The notes under the pieces are model-generated. The model was given only the letters and a program-made list of their open reading frames with translations, was not told the DNA's origin and made no database searches. The position numbers and the translations under genes were made by a program. A stretch of DNA of 63,920 nucleotides, filler included, from Aduncisulcus paluster (Eukaryota): the NCBI GenBank assembly GCA_024181965.1. It is 7 parts of 7 records of this genome, joined end to end, with 100 filler letters (N's around TTAATTAATTAA, not from the genome) between each part and the next. Parts side by side here need not be neighbours in the genome. Positions count along the whole stretch, not along the records: positions 22,466 to 26,320 come from BQXS01011539.1; positions 26,421 to 32,065 come from BQXS01011540.1; positions 32,166 to 46,254 come from BQXS01011541.1; 4 more parts are not named here. One strand, given 5' to 3'. Of the stretch, positions 22,466-33,959 are shown piece by piece. Position 1 is the stretch's first letter. Each line of letters begins with the position of its first letter.

Positions 22466-22629
22466 GACTCAGATTCGATCTATTCATTCAGAAATGGGTG
22501 AATGATATTTATATTTATGTTTATGAATGTATAGTCTTTCCACATTCGTCTACTCAACTAAGAAAGGTCTTTAAAAATTCGAAAAATATCGTTTTTATGG
22601 ATATTTCATTGAATTTCAATTTTGATATT

Positions 22630-22905
22630 TCTATTTTTAGAATTTCTATTTTTAGAACTACTTTAATTATTTCGACCCGTTGAAAATTGAATTCACATCA
22701 AACTAATGATATTATGCGTGTGTGTTTGTTAAAATGGTGTTTTCAATTGCCTCAGTGATATTCCATTCCAAATTCACCAAGCCACCCAGTTTCTGTTGTT
22801 ATACAGACTAAAAACATGTTTTCAATCAATTTCAAACAATCCAGAAAGAGAATATTCGCAAATCCAAAGAACACATTTTATTTTTAGAAAATCTATTTTT
22901 AGAAT
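22630..22905. repeat. Dispersed TCTATTTTTAGAA tandem doublets (15-bp period)
   Basis: Doublets at 22630-22657 and 22879-22904; the same doublet recurs at 33267-33294 and, inverted, at 33511-33538. Confidence 0.75.
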
Positions 22906-23209
22906 GGACCAAATATATTCTCGCTCTAAATGGCGTTTTCTTGAATGAAATTTGCTCATTAGTGTTTCATTAATAAGTAAACCATCACTCTGTGGTATTA
23001 TACTATTGTCCAGGGTTTGTATCGTTATTGTTATAATTGTTAATCACACAATAACAACAACCTCTAGGATTCTATGAGATCAGCTCATTGAGATAGATAT
23101 CTCTTGTAGCCTTCTGTTATGATAATCAGGTTGGGATTCCTGCATTTCTTTATTCTTTGGAGTTCTTCAATGCATTGAAGTTCAATGCCAATAACCAAAT
23201 TCCTTTGTG

Positions 23210-26200
23210 CTACAAACCTTCGATATACTTTTGCCACATTCGTCCAAAAGTAAAATGTGAAACATCGTCAATCCTCAGCAATAACCTCGATTTCCTCATT
23301 CTAAGAGAGGATTCGGAGAGGATTATACATCTTCCAAGCTCTAACAATGAAGGGAATATCATGGGGTTAAAATCATCAAAAAAGAGAGACTCAACACCAG
23401 AACCCAATATAAACGCCGTGAGTTGATCGATTGGCCATTTGTCAAAAAGTTTGAATAAAGATTGAGCAATCAAACTCAAGACATTCTTTTGAAGCGATTT
23501 TGTACAATGTGACCATTCAACATAATGAAAACACTTAAAGATACGTTCAATGCCAAAAGACTCATCAATCCGACCAATTAAAGCAAAGAAAGTAAATATC
23601 TTGGAGATATCACGAATAATTTGGTCATTGGGCTCCAACACGAGGATTTCATCCAACCAAAGTAATATTTGAGACAGCAATAATGGATCAAAGTTTGGAA
23701 AGAGAGGGATGCAATCGGGCAATATTTGCAACATTTCTCTTTTTTGAGCATGACTTGCAATCACAAAGAGATCGAATATTTTCCCACAAAAAGAACGAAA
23801 AGAGAACGTAAATTCTTCATTCACTTGTGAAAACTTCTTGAATTGGCTATAAAATGGTTTAAAGAATTTGAACAATATGAAACCAACATCTTTTTCACAA
23901 TACTTGGCCATCAAATGGATGAACTCAGGAGATATAAACTCCCAAATCCCATTAGAACGAACAATATCAGCCACACATGGGATTAAAACTCCCTTTACGA
24001 TCGCACTTTGGCGTGCCGAAAGAGTGAAGAGCTGAGAAACATTCTTCAACAATCTCAAAAACAGAGAAAACGCTGAGAATAACCATTTTGATTTCCCCAA
24101 CCCAAGTAAGTGTGGGAATTTGGAACACAACAAGATGTGAAAATTGATTCTCGTCAATAGTTTATGAATCAAAGGATCATTTCTGAGCATAAGCAAATGA
24201 ATCCCACAGTGTTCCAGAACATACATCGACAAAGTACTGACTTTATCCATTTTCCCAACGATTTTGATTCGCAGAGAAAGATATATTTCTTCAATTGCTA
24301 AGATATATGCACACATATTCACCATCCCATCTCCACCATATTGTTCCAACATCTTATGAGCAATTTCCCTGTGATGAATGCCATTTTGTTCACAATCCAT
24401 CAAATCTTTGTCCTCAATCTCGACATGGTGTTGTTGGGAAGAGCTCGACGAATGACAACACTCATGATACATGGCAAGGTAATCTTGGAGCCAGAGTTCA
24501 CAGAACTTCAAATGCATGTTGTTAATATATGGAATACAATCGCCATACACCTTTGTCAGCTTCAGTGGTGGTGGTGGCATCGAATGTAAGGCAAGATTAA
24601 TGTAATTATCCTTACAAATGTGCAGACTCAAAACCTTGAACAAATTCACTAATTCGAGATTCTCATTGAAAGACTTTGCATATTGAACATACCAATTGAC
24701 GATCACAGGATTAATTAGTTCGTCTATGGATATTTTATGTCGCTCAGATGACGAAGAAGACATCATATATATTAGTCTAAAATAACTATCGAAAGTTGGA
24801 TGAAACAATTCCAAATATTTCCCATCGTGAACTTGAGGATCGTATTCTCCCGTAAAAACATCAAAACCAATTTCTTTAGGATCTTTTCCATTTTCAGACA
24901 TTATGAACAGGTTGTCATTTCTCGCTTTACCACAATAATACCCTTCTTGAAGCAATGCAAGAACCTTTGAGTGGAGGGTTGGAAGGAATTCAGCGATTTT
25001 ATCATGAAAAGAGGGTTGAAAACTTGCAGAGTAAAGAAAGTTTTGAACCCATAAGATGGAATTTGGACAGAAAGTATGTGCCAAAATGGAGTTTATATGA
25101 GGTCCAACGATAGAGATTATCTCTTTTCTTGTGACCGAATCACATTCAAACATAAGTTGGACAGCGCTCAAGAGAACAGAAGTACAATATCTTGAATGAT
25201 ATTCTATTTTGGGTAACAAATTAACCATGTGAGAAAGAATCCGTTTTTCAAGAAGCGTTTTCTTGAACTGTTTGAAATGAGTCAATTTCCGGATGATTTC
25301 CAGGATTGTATACTGGATTTCGGATGTAAAATATGAATTCTTTGAGGTAATGGTTGAAAAAACACTGATTTCATCATTAATCGGAATGACGTTGGATGGT
25401 TGCTCCAATAAATGGATCATATCTCCAAATATATCAACATCATGGTATATAATCTGTCCAAACAAGTGGGATTCAATAGATTTGCCCTTTTGATATTTAT
25501 ACCTTAAATTCTTCATTCTTCTAACCACCAAATAGAGGGCATAATAGAAAGTAGAACCCAAAAATAGATTATGGAAATCTTGAGGAATGGTTGAAGCCAT
25601 AATAATAGTATCGAACTTATGAGATTGTTCCACTGTGAGAGAACAAATGTCTGGGTGTGAAACATTCCATTTCCAGTTCGGACAGTGCCTTGGTATTTTA
25701 GTATCCACGGAGAATTGCTTAATAATAACATCACTCACCATTTTGTATCCTTCTTTCATCCTATCCATGTAGAATCCTATTTTAGAGAAAATAGCACTCG
25801 GCGTTCCTCTTTCTTTCATGAACAGTTGGGAAAACTCATCGAGAAATGCTTGGAAACAATAGAGACCAACATCAAAAATATTCGGTGGACAAAACATAAT
25901 TTTCCCACTTTCAACACGTTTCGCCCAATATTTGTTTCTTTCTTGAATCTTCTCCGAATCATCCATCAACAAATTCTCCCCATCTTGACTGAAATATTCC
26001 TCAGAACCATATTCTGAAAGGTCAGATAGTTTCCATGAAATTTCTCCCCAAACCGATATGGCTAATTTTAGAATATCACGGAGTTTCTGCCGATCTGGGG
26101 GTAACAAAGGGATGTCATAATCACGTTGCATCATAGATCTATATTCACGAGGGCATTTCTCAGAGCCATCCTCACAAGCTTCTGAATCTGAATCATTGAT

Positions 26201-26320
26201 GCATTTGGATAGAATTTCTTGCAAAAACTTCAATGCAAACATATCCTCATACATTATTGTCTCATCCATTTGTCGTTCAACATTAATCACCCAAACAATC
26301 ACGGATGCCAAGGCCTCGTG
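23210..26320 (-). CDS. Hypothetical alpha-helical (ARM/HEAT-like) protein, 5' truncated
   Basis: Open frame of more than 1,030 codons from the contig edge; amphipathic helical pattern, no recognisable motif. Confidence 0.7.
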   Translation of the reverse strand, partial: HEALASVIVWVINVERQMDETIMYEDMFALKFLQEILSKCINDSDSEACEDGSEKCPREYRSMMQRDYDIPLLPPDRQKLRDILKLAISVWGEISWKLSDLSEYGSEEYFSQDGENLLMDDSEKIQERNKYWAKRVESGKIMFCPPNIFDVGLYCFQAFLDEFSQLFMKERGTPSAIFSKIGFYMDRMKEGYKMVSDVIIKQFSVDTKIPRHCPNWKWNVSHPDICSLTVEQSHKFDTIIMASTIPQDFHNLFLGSTFYYALYLVVRRMKNLRYKYQKGKSIESHLFGQIIYHDVDIFGDMIHLLEQPSNVIPINDEISVFSTITSKNSYFTSEIQYTILEIIRKLTHFKQFKKTLLEKRILSHMVNLLPKIEYHSRYCTSVLLSAVQLMFECDSVTRKEIISIVGPHINSILAHTFCPNSILWVQNFLYSASFQPSFHDKIAEFLPTLHSKVLALLQEGYYCGKARNDNLFIMSENGKDPKEIGFDVFTGEYDPQVHDGKYLELFHPTFDSYFRLIYMMSSSSSERHKISIDELINPVIVNWYVQYAKSFNENLELVNLFKVLSLHICKDNYINLALHSMPPPPLKLTKVYGDCIPYINNMHLKFCELWLQDYLAMYHECCHSSSSSQQHHVEIEDKDLMDCEQNGIHHREIAHKMLEQYGGDGMVNMCAYILAIEEIYLSLRIKIVGKMDKVSTLSMYVLEHCGIHLLMLRNDPLIHKLLTRINFHILLCSKFPHLLGLGKSKWLFSAFSLFLRLLKNVSQLFTLSARQSAIVKGVLIPCVADIVRSNGIWEFISPEFIHLMAKYCEKDVGFILFKFFKPFYSQFKKFSQVNEEFTFSFRSFCGKIFDLFVIASHAQKREMLQILPDCIPLFPNFDPLLLSQILLWLDEILVLEPNDQIIRDISKIFTFFALIGRIDESFGIERIFKCFHYVEWSHCTKSLQKNVLSLIAQSLFKLFDKWPIDQLTAFILGSGVESLFFDDFNPMIFPSLLELGRCIILSESSLRMRKSRLLLRIDDVSHFTFGRMWQKYIEGL

Positions 26321-26420
26321 NNNNNNNNNNNNNNNNNNNNNNNNNNNNNNNNNNNNNNNNNNNNTTAATTAATTAANNNNNNNNNNNNNNNNNNNNNNNN
26401 NNNNNNNNNNNNNNNNNNNN
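26321..26420. other. Artificial contig linker
   Basis: N44-TTAATTAATTAA-N44. Confidence 0.98.
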
Positions 26421-26421
26421 A

Positions 26422-27501
26422 TGGAAGAAAGAGAAGAAGTTTTTCCAACCATCCTTGAAGCCTGAAGCATTTGAACCCCGTCATGTGAGGGAAGATGTTA
26501 TGACAGACATATGCAATGCCATTGAGATGGTTCTGTTCAACAAAACATCACTCAACAAGGTTATTGAGGAATGCTATCGTGTGTATTCGGAGTATTACGA
26601 AGCCTTCTTCGAGGATGGGCTGAGTCGTCTCTCAGAGTCTGGAATGTGGGTTGCCAAAAAATATGCCAGCGACCATAAGATAAAATTACCTTCTCCAGGG
26701 AAGACAAAACCATCCTCCAAACCTGCTGATGACGCTGATCTTGATGGTGTTGATGATCTTGACCTTGAGGATGAAGGAGACCTCTCATTCGTAGCTCCTG
26801 TGTGTTTTGAGACTGTAGCCAAAGAACTCTGGCACGCCTTTAAGATCCCCCCATCGTGTCTTTTCCCAGCTGAGAGTAGTTTCTTCACCCTCGTTCCATC
26901 TTTCCCACGTGCCCGTAGACTCTTCCTCCAGGCCATGCTGGTTCCATATCCCACCTTATTCATGAATAACTTGGAAAGAGTCCGTGAATGCATTCATCAA
27001 GAGGCCAATGAGAACTCCGACATCTTGAAAGCTCGTGGTATTACCATTCCCAAGGGCGAGGGAATGTTGGCCAGAGATGTGATGGCAGAACTGTTCAGTG
27101 TGGCTCTTGCTGACATGTTTTTATGGCTTCGGCAGGCAGGATCTGAAGCTTTACAACAGAAGATGATGGACATTTCAAAGCATTTTGATCCCATTTCAAC
27201 AAAATGTCCAACAGCAGCTTCTCCTGAAGATGCTGGAGATGGCGAGGCAGATGCGTTCAGGTGCCTCACGCAAGACCAACTGGATAAAATGTGTGTCTCT
27301 GGGCCTGGTGATTATTTACTGCGGTGCTGGATTAGCACTGAATGTCTCTGGGATGAATCTTGGATGAAGACTGCCTATTCATACCTTCCACTCATGATGG
27401 ATGAGCTTGTGGCCAGGGTCGGTGGTGCTGCTGACATTTACACCCAGATGCGAGTCAAGGAAAAGACTGGAGACAAGAAAGATGAGGGGAAAAGGAAATA
27501 A
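26422..27501 (+). CDS. Hypothetical protein, 5' truncated
   Basis: Frame open from the contig edge (WKKEKKFFQPSLKPEAF...) to TAA 27501; coding-like composition. Confidence 0.7.
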   Translation, partial: WKKEKKFFQPSLKPEAFEPRHVREDVMTDICNAIEMVLFNKTSLNKVIEECYRVYSEYYEAFFEDGLSRLSESGMWVAKKYASDHKIKLPSPGKTKPSSKPADDADLDGVDDLDLEDEGDLSFVAPVCFETVAKELWHAFKIPPSCLFPAESSFFTLVPSFPRARRLFLQAMLVPYPTLFMNNLERVRECIHQEANENSDILKARGITIPKGEGMLARDVMAELFSVALADMFLWLRQAGSEALQQKMMDISKHFDPISTKCPTAASPEDAGDGEADAFRCLTQDQLDKMCVSGPGDYLLRCWISTECLWDESWMKTAYSYLPLMMDELVARVGGAADIYTQMRVKEKTGDKKDEGKRK

Positions 27502-27778
27502 ATAACTTCAGTAAGCGAAGATCAACGTTGATATTCCAAATAATTATTATAATTCAATTAATTTACATTCTAATTAGAACAAAGAATACCATTCTTAGAA
27601 ATAGTCTATTTCAAATAGAAATTGAATGATCGGTTATTATAGTCAGCTATACATACTATAGCCGAAAAAGATCTTATATAACTTCAAAACAGAATGAACG
27701 ATATCTGACAAATGCCATCATTTGAATAGAATATATCATAAACCTTATACATTGCTCTTATCGCTGAATAATAGTACG

Positions 27779-29446
27779 TTAGATAATCGATACAATGCAT
27801 CCACTGGCTTGTAAAAGTTGAAGGATATCTTCCTTGGCCTTTTCGACTGATCCAGACACAGGAACGACAAGAGAGTGATTGCCAAGTCCATTCTGAGCAA
27901 ACAAATTAGAGTTCCTTGCAGTCACGACTACTTGTGTTCTGCAACAAGTGTCACAGACTGAATCACTCTTGACGCCCTTGTATGAGCCTTGGATCATTAC
28001 GCATGAGTTGAATGGAGATGTTCTTAATTTAATCACGAAACACTCTCCTTCCCCAAGGCAAGCAGACACGGCAACACTAAGTCCACTTTCAAAGTGACTT
28101 CTGAGAGCAACATCCTTGAAAGTAGGAATAAGAACAGAACTATGATCTGTACAATCACAGCAACAAGAAGACATGTCACATACTTCTTTTGATCCATGGG
28201 AACAACGGGGCATAGTTGAGCAAGAACCAGTCTTCCGTTTTTCAACTGAACCACTTCCTTCCACTTCATGAATCAATGGCCCAACAGAATCATCATAGTC
28301 GACTAAACTTTGCACTTTTGATGAGATATCTTCCATATCAACAACATGGGCTGGATCTTGTTCACTGCTGGCACCCTTTTCAATACAGAGGGAGAGTGCA
28401 GAGAGGGATGGCATTGGTGCTGTACAATGGGCTAATGTAAGTGATGCCGCAGAGTAAGATTGTAGGTTACACATAAATGGACTTCCAAATCGATATAAAG
28501 CTTCACCTTCAGATTCATCGGAGACAGAACGATGTTGCTCTCCTTCCCATACACCTGATCGATTCGTTGATAACACGTTTAGAAGAAGAGAAAGACAGCA
28601 AGTGCTCACTTCACCCTCACAAATAGCTTCAAGAGCAGATACAGCAAGACAGGGCAACACAGGAGTGGAGGGAGCATCAAGAAGTTTAAAACAGCCAATG
28701 GTGAATATATCCCACTTTCTTTCTCTCTGAAGTTGCCGAATGATAGCAAGAATACGGACAGAATCGGTAAGAGCATCTGAATCGGGCTCTTTTCCTTCTG
28801 ATAATTTAGACAGAAGATCAATATGAGATTTTGAAACTCGAACAGCAGGAATTGAACGAAGTGTTTCCAAGCTTTCCATGATAAATGTTAGAGGGATCTG
28901 ATCCACAACAGGGAAGCCATAATGGATCTTTTCATTGACTAACCATGGGGATATTTCACCAATGAGACCAATTTTCTTGGATCTATATTGTCTTAATCGG
29001 GATATTTGCATAAGATTTGCCCCGATTATGAGATCATAAACTTCAGGAATCGAGTGCGTCAAACTGCAGAGCTTTCCAAATCTTTTTAGAAAATAAGAGA
29101 TTTCTGTTGCAGAAGGGAGAGAATTACGCAATGAATTGCCATAAACAATGAGATGAGGATCTTTTTGCAGTGCTTGTCCAGGTTCGTTTGCTTTTAGAAT
29201 AGGAAAAGAATGGGAGATACTTGAAATCAGAAGATCTTCTGTACCACCAGTAATAGGAAATAAAATTATCGTTTTACATTCAAAAAAAGAGGATGGAATG
29301 CTATCTCCCGTTGTCCAATGGATAGAAAAAGAGAAATCAGAAATTTCTTTCTTTAAAGAGGCCAAAAACTTTTCTGCAACAATTTCTATTGATTTATCAC
29401 CCTTACTCAGATCACTTCGTGCACATATAATTGGAATATCAACCAT
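27779..29446 (-). CDS. L-fucose/L-arabinose isomerase-related protein (prokaryote type)
   Basis: TGGTE, NSLPSATEI, KIGLIGEISPWL, FTIGCFKLL, PCLAVSAL, CEGE, LAHCTAP, HFESGLSVAV, CRTQ and LGNH occur in the order seen in bacterial/archaeal fucose-isomerase-like proteins. Confidence 0.75.
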   Translation of the reverse strand: MVDIPIICARSDLSKGDKSIEIVAEKFLASLKKEISDFSFSIHWTTGDSIPSSFFECKTIILFPITGGTEDLLISSISHSFPILKANEPGQALQKDPHLIVYGNSLRNSLPSATEISYFLKRFGKLCSLTHSIPEVYDLIIGANLMQISRLRQYRSKKIGLIGEISPWLVNEKIHYGFPVVDQIPLTFIMESLETLRSIPAVRVSKSHIDLLSKLSEGKEPDSDALTDSVRILAIIRQLQRERKWDIFTIGCFKLLDAPSTPVLPCLAVSALEAICEGEVSTCCLSLLLNVLSTNRSGVWEGEQHRSVSDESEGEALYRFGSPFMCNLQSYSAASLTLAHCTAPMPSLSALSLCIEKGASSEQDPAHVVDMEDISSKVQSLVDYDDSVGPLIHEVEGSGSVEKRKTGSCSTMPRCSHGSKEVCDMSSCCCDCTDHSSVLIPTFKDVALRSHFESGLSVAVSACLGEGECFVIKLRTSPFNSCVMIQGSYKGVKSDSVCDTCCRTQVVVTARNSNLFAQNGLGNHSLVVPVSGSVEKAKEDILQLLQASGCIVSII

Positions 29447-29691
29447 CGATTTCTTTCAAAGAAAAAGTTTTCATGTGGCAAAAGTCTTTCATCCTAAAAC
29501 AGCGAATATTTTATGACTTCCTTAATTTGTTTTCGAGATATTATTGATTCGATACACTCAAATGATATTTTTTAAGATTATTTAACGCCAGAGTCAAGAT
29601 GATCATAAGAATGAGATTCTTTGCTTGGCGCTGATAATTATTCGTTGCGCTTTTCTGACAAAAACTATTTCCCTTTTCTCATTCTTACCCA

Positions 29692-32065
29692 ATGATAAAA
29701 AGTAAGGTCCCTTTCCCTCAAAGAAATGGATTTTCTATGGGAGTCAGAGTTAAACCAGTTTTTACCCTCTTGCTGCTTTTGTTTCTTCTATTTGTCCCTG
29801 GATTTTCAGTATTACCCAGCTGTAATGATACGTCATATCTGTGTTATAACTCTAGTATGAGTTATTCTTGCTGTGTGACTTTTTCTGACACAGCTTTTCG
29901 GAATGCAGTCTGTTCCAGCCTTACCCGAGCCAATAGTTGTGATGTGAAAACTTCTTGGGCCCCAGACGTTACTTCCCTTTCTTTATCATCTGTTGTGGTA
30001 GATTGGACCGGAATCGCTTATTTAACAAATTTTACGTCAATTATATTTTCGTCTGTTAATATTCCGGCCAATTATTTTTCTCAATTACCCGTTACTCTGA
30101 CGTCTCTCTCTTTCTATGATGGAAATGTTGATTTCTCCGATTTTGATGAATCTTGTTCTACTCTAAATTCTCTCGCATCATTAACCTTCCAAAACACAAA
30201 TCTTGCATCTGGATTGGATTTTTCATGGTTGTCCAACCTGACACAACTCGATGTTTCGAAGAATTCTGATGTGACGACTATTGGTCCCTTTCCAACTTCT
30301 CTCGAGACTCTCTCCATTGATGAATGCACATCCATTGAGTTCCCCACCTTCTTCAATGGCCTAGTCGATTCCTCTGGCTTATCTCTCCCTAATCTGGTCA
30401 CTCTGTCGCTCAGTGATACAAATGTTTCTAGTCTTGATCTTGTCCCTGAAAGTGTCACAGATCTTACTGCAGAGAATTGCAGCAACCTCTCCTCCTTTGC
30501 ATCACTTGCAACCCTCACATCTCTGAAGAATCTCAACATTAGCTCCTCTGGGGTTGGACTGAACCCAGATCTCAGTCCTCTGTCCTCTTTGAGTGCTCTC
30601 GAGTTCCTGGTCATAACCAACTCAAAGATCTCTGATCCGTCTGGGTTTTACTCGCTTTCTTCCACCGTTGTGTCTATCGATCTGAGTGGGAATTATATCT
30701 GTGGGTACAATCTGTCCTCATCCATGACGACTATTATGTCCGAACGCTTCAATGACACTGTTGGACGTATCATAACAACAGGTACACAGACATGCCAATG
30801 TTTTCTCACAGATGTTTCAGTACTTTCCACCTTGGTTGCCGATCGCAAGGCATGTGTAGAGACTCAAACTGGGGTTTCAGGCAATTGGAACTATACTGTG
30901 ATTCTGAGAGTTACACCCAATACACCGCTTTCAACGAGTACGAATGCGTCCCCGCTTGTCTTGGCGGGTGTCATAATGATTGGGAGATCTGTCATGTCGA
31001 TCCTGACGATCCAACCTCTGGCTTCTGTGATCATCCCATCCTTGACGGATCTATCCGGACATGGGTGGGCTCTCTGATGAACACTGACGATAAACTCGCA
31101 GATGATTCCTATTCCTTATCCGCCATCGTTGAGATCGAGCCAACAGTCACATCACTGAGCTTCACAGAAGATGGTTCCAGTATATCCGATCTCCGAGGCC
31201 TTGAACATCTCACATCCCTCTCCTCACTCACAATCAACGATGCTCAATCCCTCGTTGATCTGAGTCCCCTTGAGTATCTCCATCTCCTCTCTTACATTGA
31301 CCTCTCTGGATGTGGCGTCGAGGACACAACTCCCATCGTGTCCCATGAATCTCTTGTGTACCTCGATCTCTCTGATTGTCCATTAACAGACATTTCAGGT
31401 CTGGCCGACAAGTCTCTGCTGACATATCTTGACATTAGCTCCAACCAGGTCCCCAATGAGGATATCTCATCCGTTGACATATTCCTCGGTTTACATTCCA
31501 TCGAAGACCTCAGGTTCAATGGGTTGTCCAATGTGACGAGCATGCCTTTGATGAATTCTGCAGATGTCTCTACTCTTCAACGGCTTGAGTGTCAGAACAC
31601 TGGGATCCAGACCTTGAGTACTCTTGGAGATTATCAAGGAGATACTGTGACACATATTATTATGAACGGTGCAGATTTGCTCGAAAAGGACCCCGAGTTC
31701 TTTCGTTTTCCTCACTTGGATGTCCTTGAAGTGAATGATTCCTCTGTTCGCCCTGTCTTTATCCGTGAATGCACCTCTTTGACTGTTCTGAAAGCCAACA
31801 ATAATGGGTGGAGTAATTATTCTTATTATAGTATCTCATACCTCCAGGACTTAGTCAACCTCACAGAGTTACATCTCGAGGGAAACTACATCTCTGATCC
31901 TTCCCCCTTATATCACCTTTCAAGTCTCTCAATTCTAAAAATAGCAGAAAACATTATTTGTGGATCGGATGTTTCCGAGGCGCTCTCTTCTGTGTTCAGT
32001 CTAACTTCCCTGACTCACACCTATAAGTCTTCCCTTGCCTGTCCCTGTGAAGAGTTTCTTTCTGT
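29692..32065 (+). CDS. Secreted/surface leucine-rich-repeat (internalin-like) protein with a frameshift near 30896; 3' truncated
   Basis: Signal peptide and LxxLxLxxN repeats in both ORFs (29692-31077, 30792-32117). Coding sense switches frame at ...AAC TAT AC TGT GAT... Confidence 0.8.
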
Positions 32066-32165
32066 NNNNNNNNNNNNNNNNNNNNNNNNNNNNNNNNNNN
32101 NNNNNNNNNTTAATTAATTAANNNNNNNNNNNNNNNNNNNNNNNNNNNNNNNNNNNNNNNNNNNN
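32066..32165. other. Artificial contig linker
   Basis: N44-TTAATTAATTAA-N44. Confidence 0.98.
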
Positions 32166-33020
32166 GTGCCTTACTTTCTTACTGAATCCATTGTTGCCTT
32201 CACACAACGTCAATCCCTTATTCTTGTTTCATTGCCTTGGGATACTGACTCGAGCCACGATAAGTCAACGTTTTCGTGTTCTATTCCTGGATTTATGAGA
32301 ATGTTCCATCTGCCCGGTCTTTGCAAGGAGGAATGTGTCATGACATGTGAGAGATCTGAAACCTTTGATCGGTATATTCGAACTATTTCACCCGGGGATG
32401 ATGAGGTGAATATTTATGATCTTGTTGCCAATCTCGACCTTGACCCTTCTCCTCGACCTCCATTCCTCTTCCATGTGAACTCTAACAACAACTCACCGTG
32501 TCGTATAGCTCATTGTATCTCCGTTCCTTACATTGTTGATCTTCTCTCTGATCATATGAGTGTTCATGATGTTATCCGAGTGTTGAGTTACCCTTGGGTC
32601 TTGTGCCGACATTGGTTGGTCGAAATGATCATTCAAAAGATATATTTGGAGTGTGGAGATTCAATTTCTGACGTTATTTCTTCCTCATTATCCACTGGAC
32701 AGCCTCACCCCATTGTTGTCGCCCTGATATATGGGTCATCTCAATCCCTTGAGATCCTTGGGACTTATGGGGTGTGTTTGAGTGATTCTTTCAGTGTTGT
32801 TCTGACACCTTCAATGCTCCGGATGGATGATAGAGAACTCAAAGCTGAGGAGGTAATTCTAAAGATCGATTCACAACTTTCATCAAGTCTTTTGCATGAG
32901 ACATGTGAAACGTTATGCCCAGGGTTCCAATTTTGGAATCAAGATAACCTCCAAGCTCGAATTAATATTCTCATTGAAATGTATCTAAACACTCAAGTAG
33001 AAAGATTATTTCGGTTGTGA
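32166..33020 (+). CDS. Hypothetical protein, C-terminal fragment
   Basis: 284-codon frame open from the contig edge. Confidence 0.6.
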   Translation: MPYFLTESIVAFTQRQSLILVSLPWDTDSSHDKSTFSCSIPGFMRMFHLPGLCKEECVMTCERSETFDRYIRTISPGDDEVNIYDLVANLDLDPSPRPPFLFHVNSNNNSPCRIAHCISVPYIVDLLSDHMSVHDVIRVLSYPWVLCRHWLVEMIIQKIYLECGDSISDVISSSLSTGQPHPIVVALIYGSSQSLEILGTYGVCLSDSFSVVLTPSMLRMDDRELKAEEVILKIDSQLSSSLLHETCETLCPGFQFWNQDNLQARINILIEMYLNTQVERLFRL

Positions 33021-33959
33021 TATCAACAAATTGGGATCAGAAATAGGTTAGAAATGATTATATCATCATATTATCCTCACATTTGTTCGAGGATGATGTT
33101 ATGGACTCATTATCAAGGATTTCAGACAGGGATAATGGATTTCTCAACACTTCTCAATGGATAACATCACTAGTTAAGAAAGGATAATTTTTCTTGCGCA
33201 CATTTCATGAATAGTTAAGTTTAAAACATATGAATTAATTCAAATCAGCGAAAAAAATAGTGTATATCTATTTTTAGAAAATCTATTTTTAGAATAGACA
33301 TTTTGTAAACTTCAAAATAACGCATAATATTGTTTGAAAATGATAATAAAACTGATAATTTACTTATTTACTTATATTTGATAGATTTTTTAACTTCAGT
33401 TTGTTCACCTTCTTTGACTCTGATAAATGGTTAAATCCTTTCAAACCATTAGTCAAATACTTGTTATCTGATCATTTATTCTTGAAATAGAACCAAAATA
33501 GATTTTATGATTCTAAAAATAGAAATTCTAAAAATAGAGTTTGTGTCTTGATTTTATTCTGTTCTGAACTCTACCGACTTATTTTCCAGTTTATACGTCA
33601 AATTTAGACTCAAATATTATTCTGTTCGTTGATATCTCTATCTGGTGAACTAAAGCGATAGAAAAAGTGAGATTGACATTGATGGTGTTTATATAGACTG
33701 CATGATAGTTTGTGTCTGAGAATCACAGAGATATTAGAATCGTAACAACAGCTGGTATTAATACTAGGGATTAGGTTGATTTATGGGAAGAGTTTATTAA
33801 TCGATGTGAATTTGACGAATAGATAAGAACATTTGAAAATCCGAGCGAATTAATAATTAAAAAACATTCAAGAAACATTTCGAATTTCTTTTCGTGGTAC
33901 AATTTCAGTTATTTACAAAAGGTATTGTTACAAAAGACGGGTCAAGTTGGCCCATCCGA

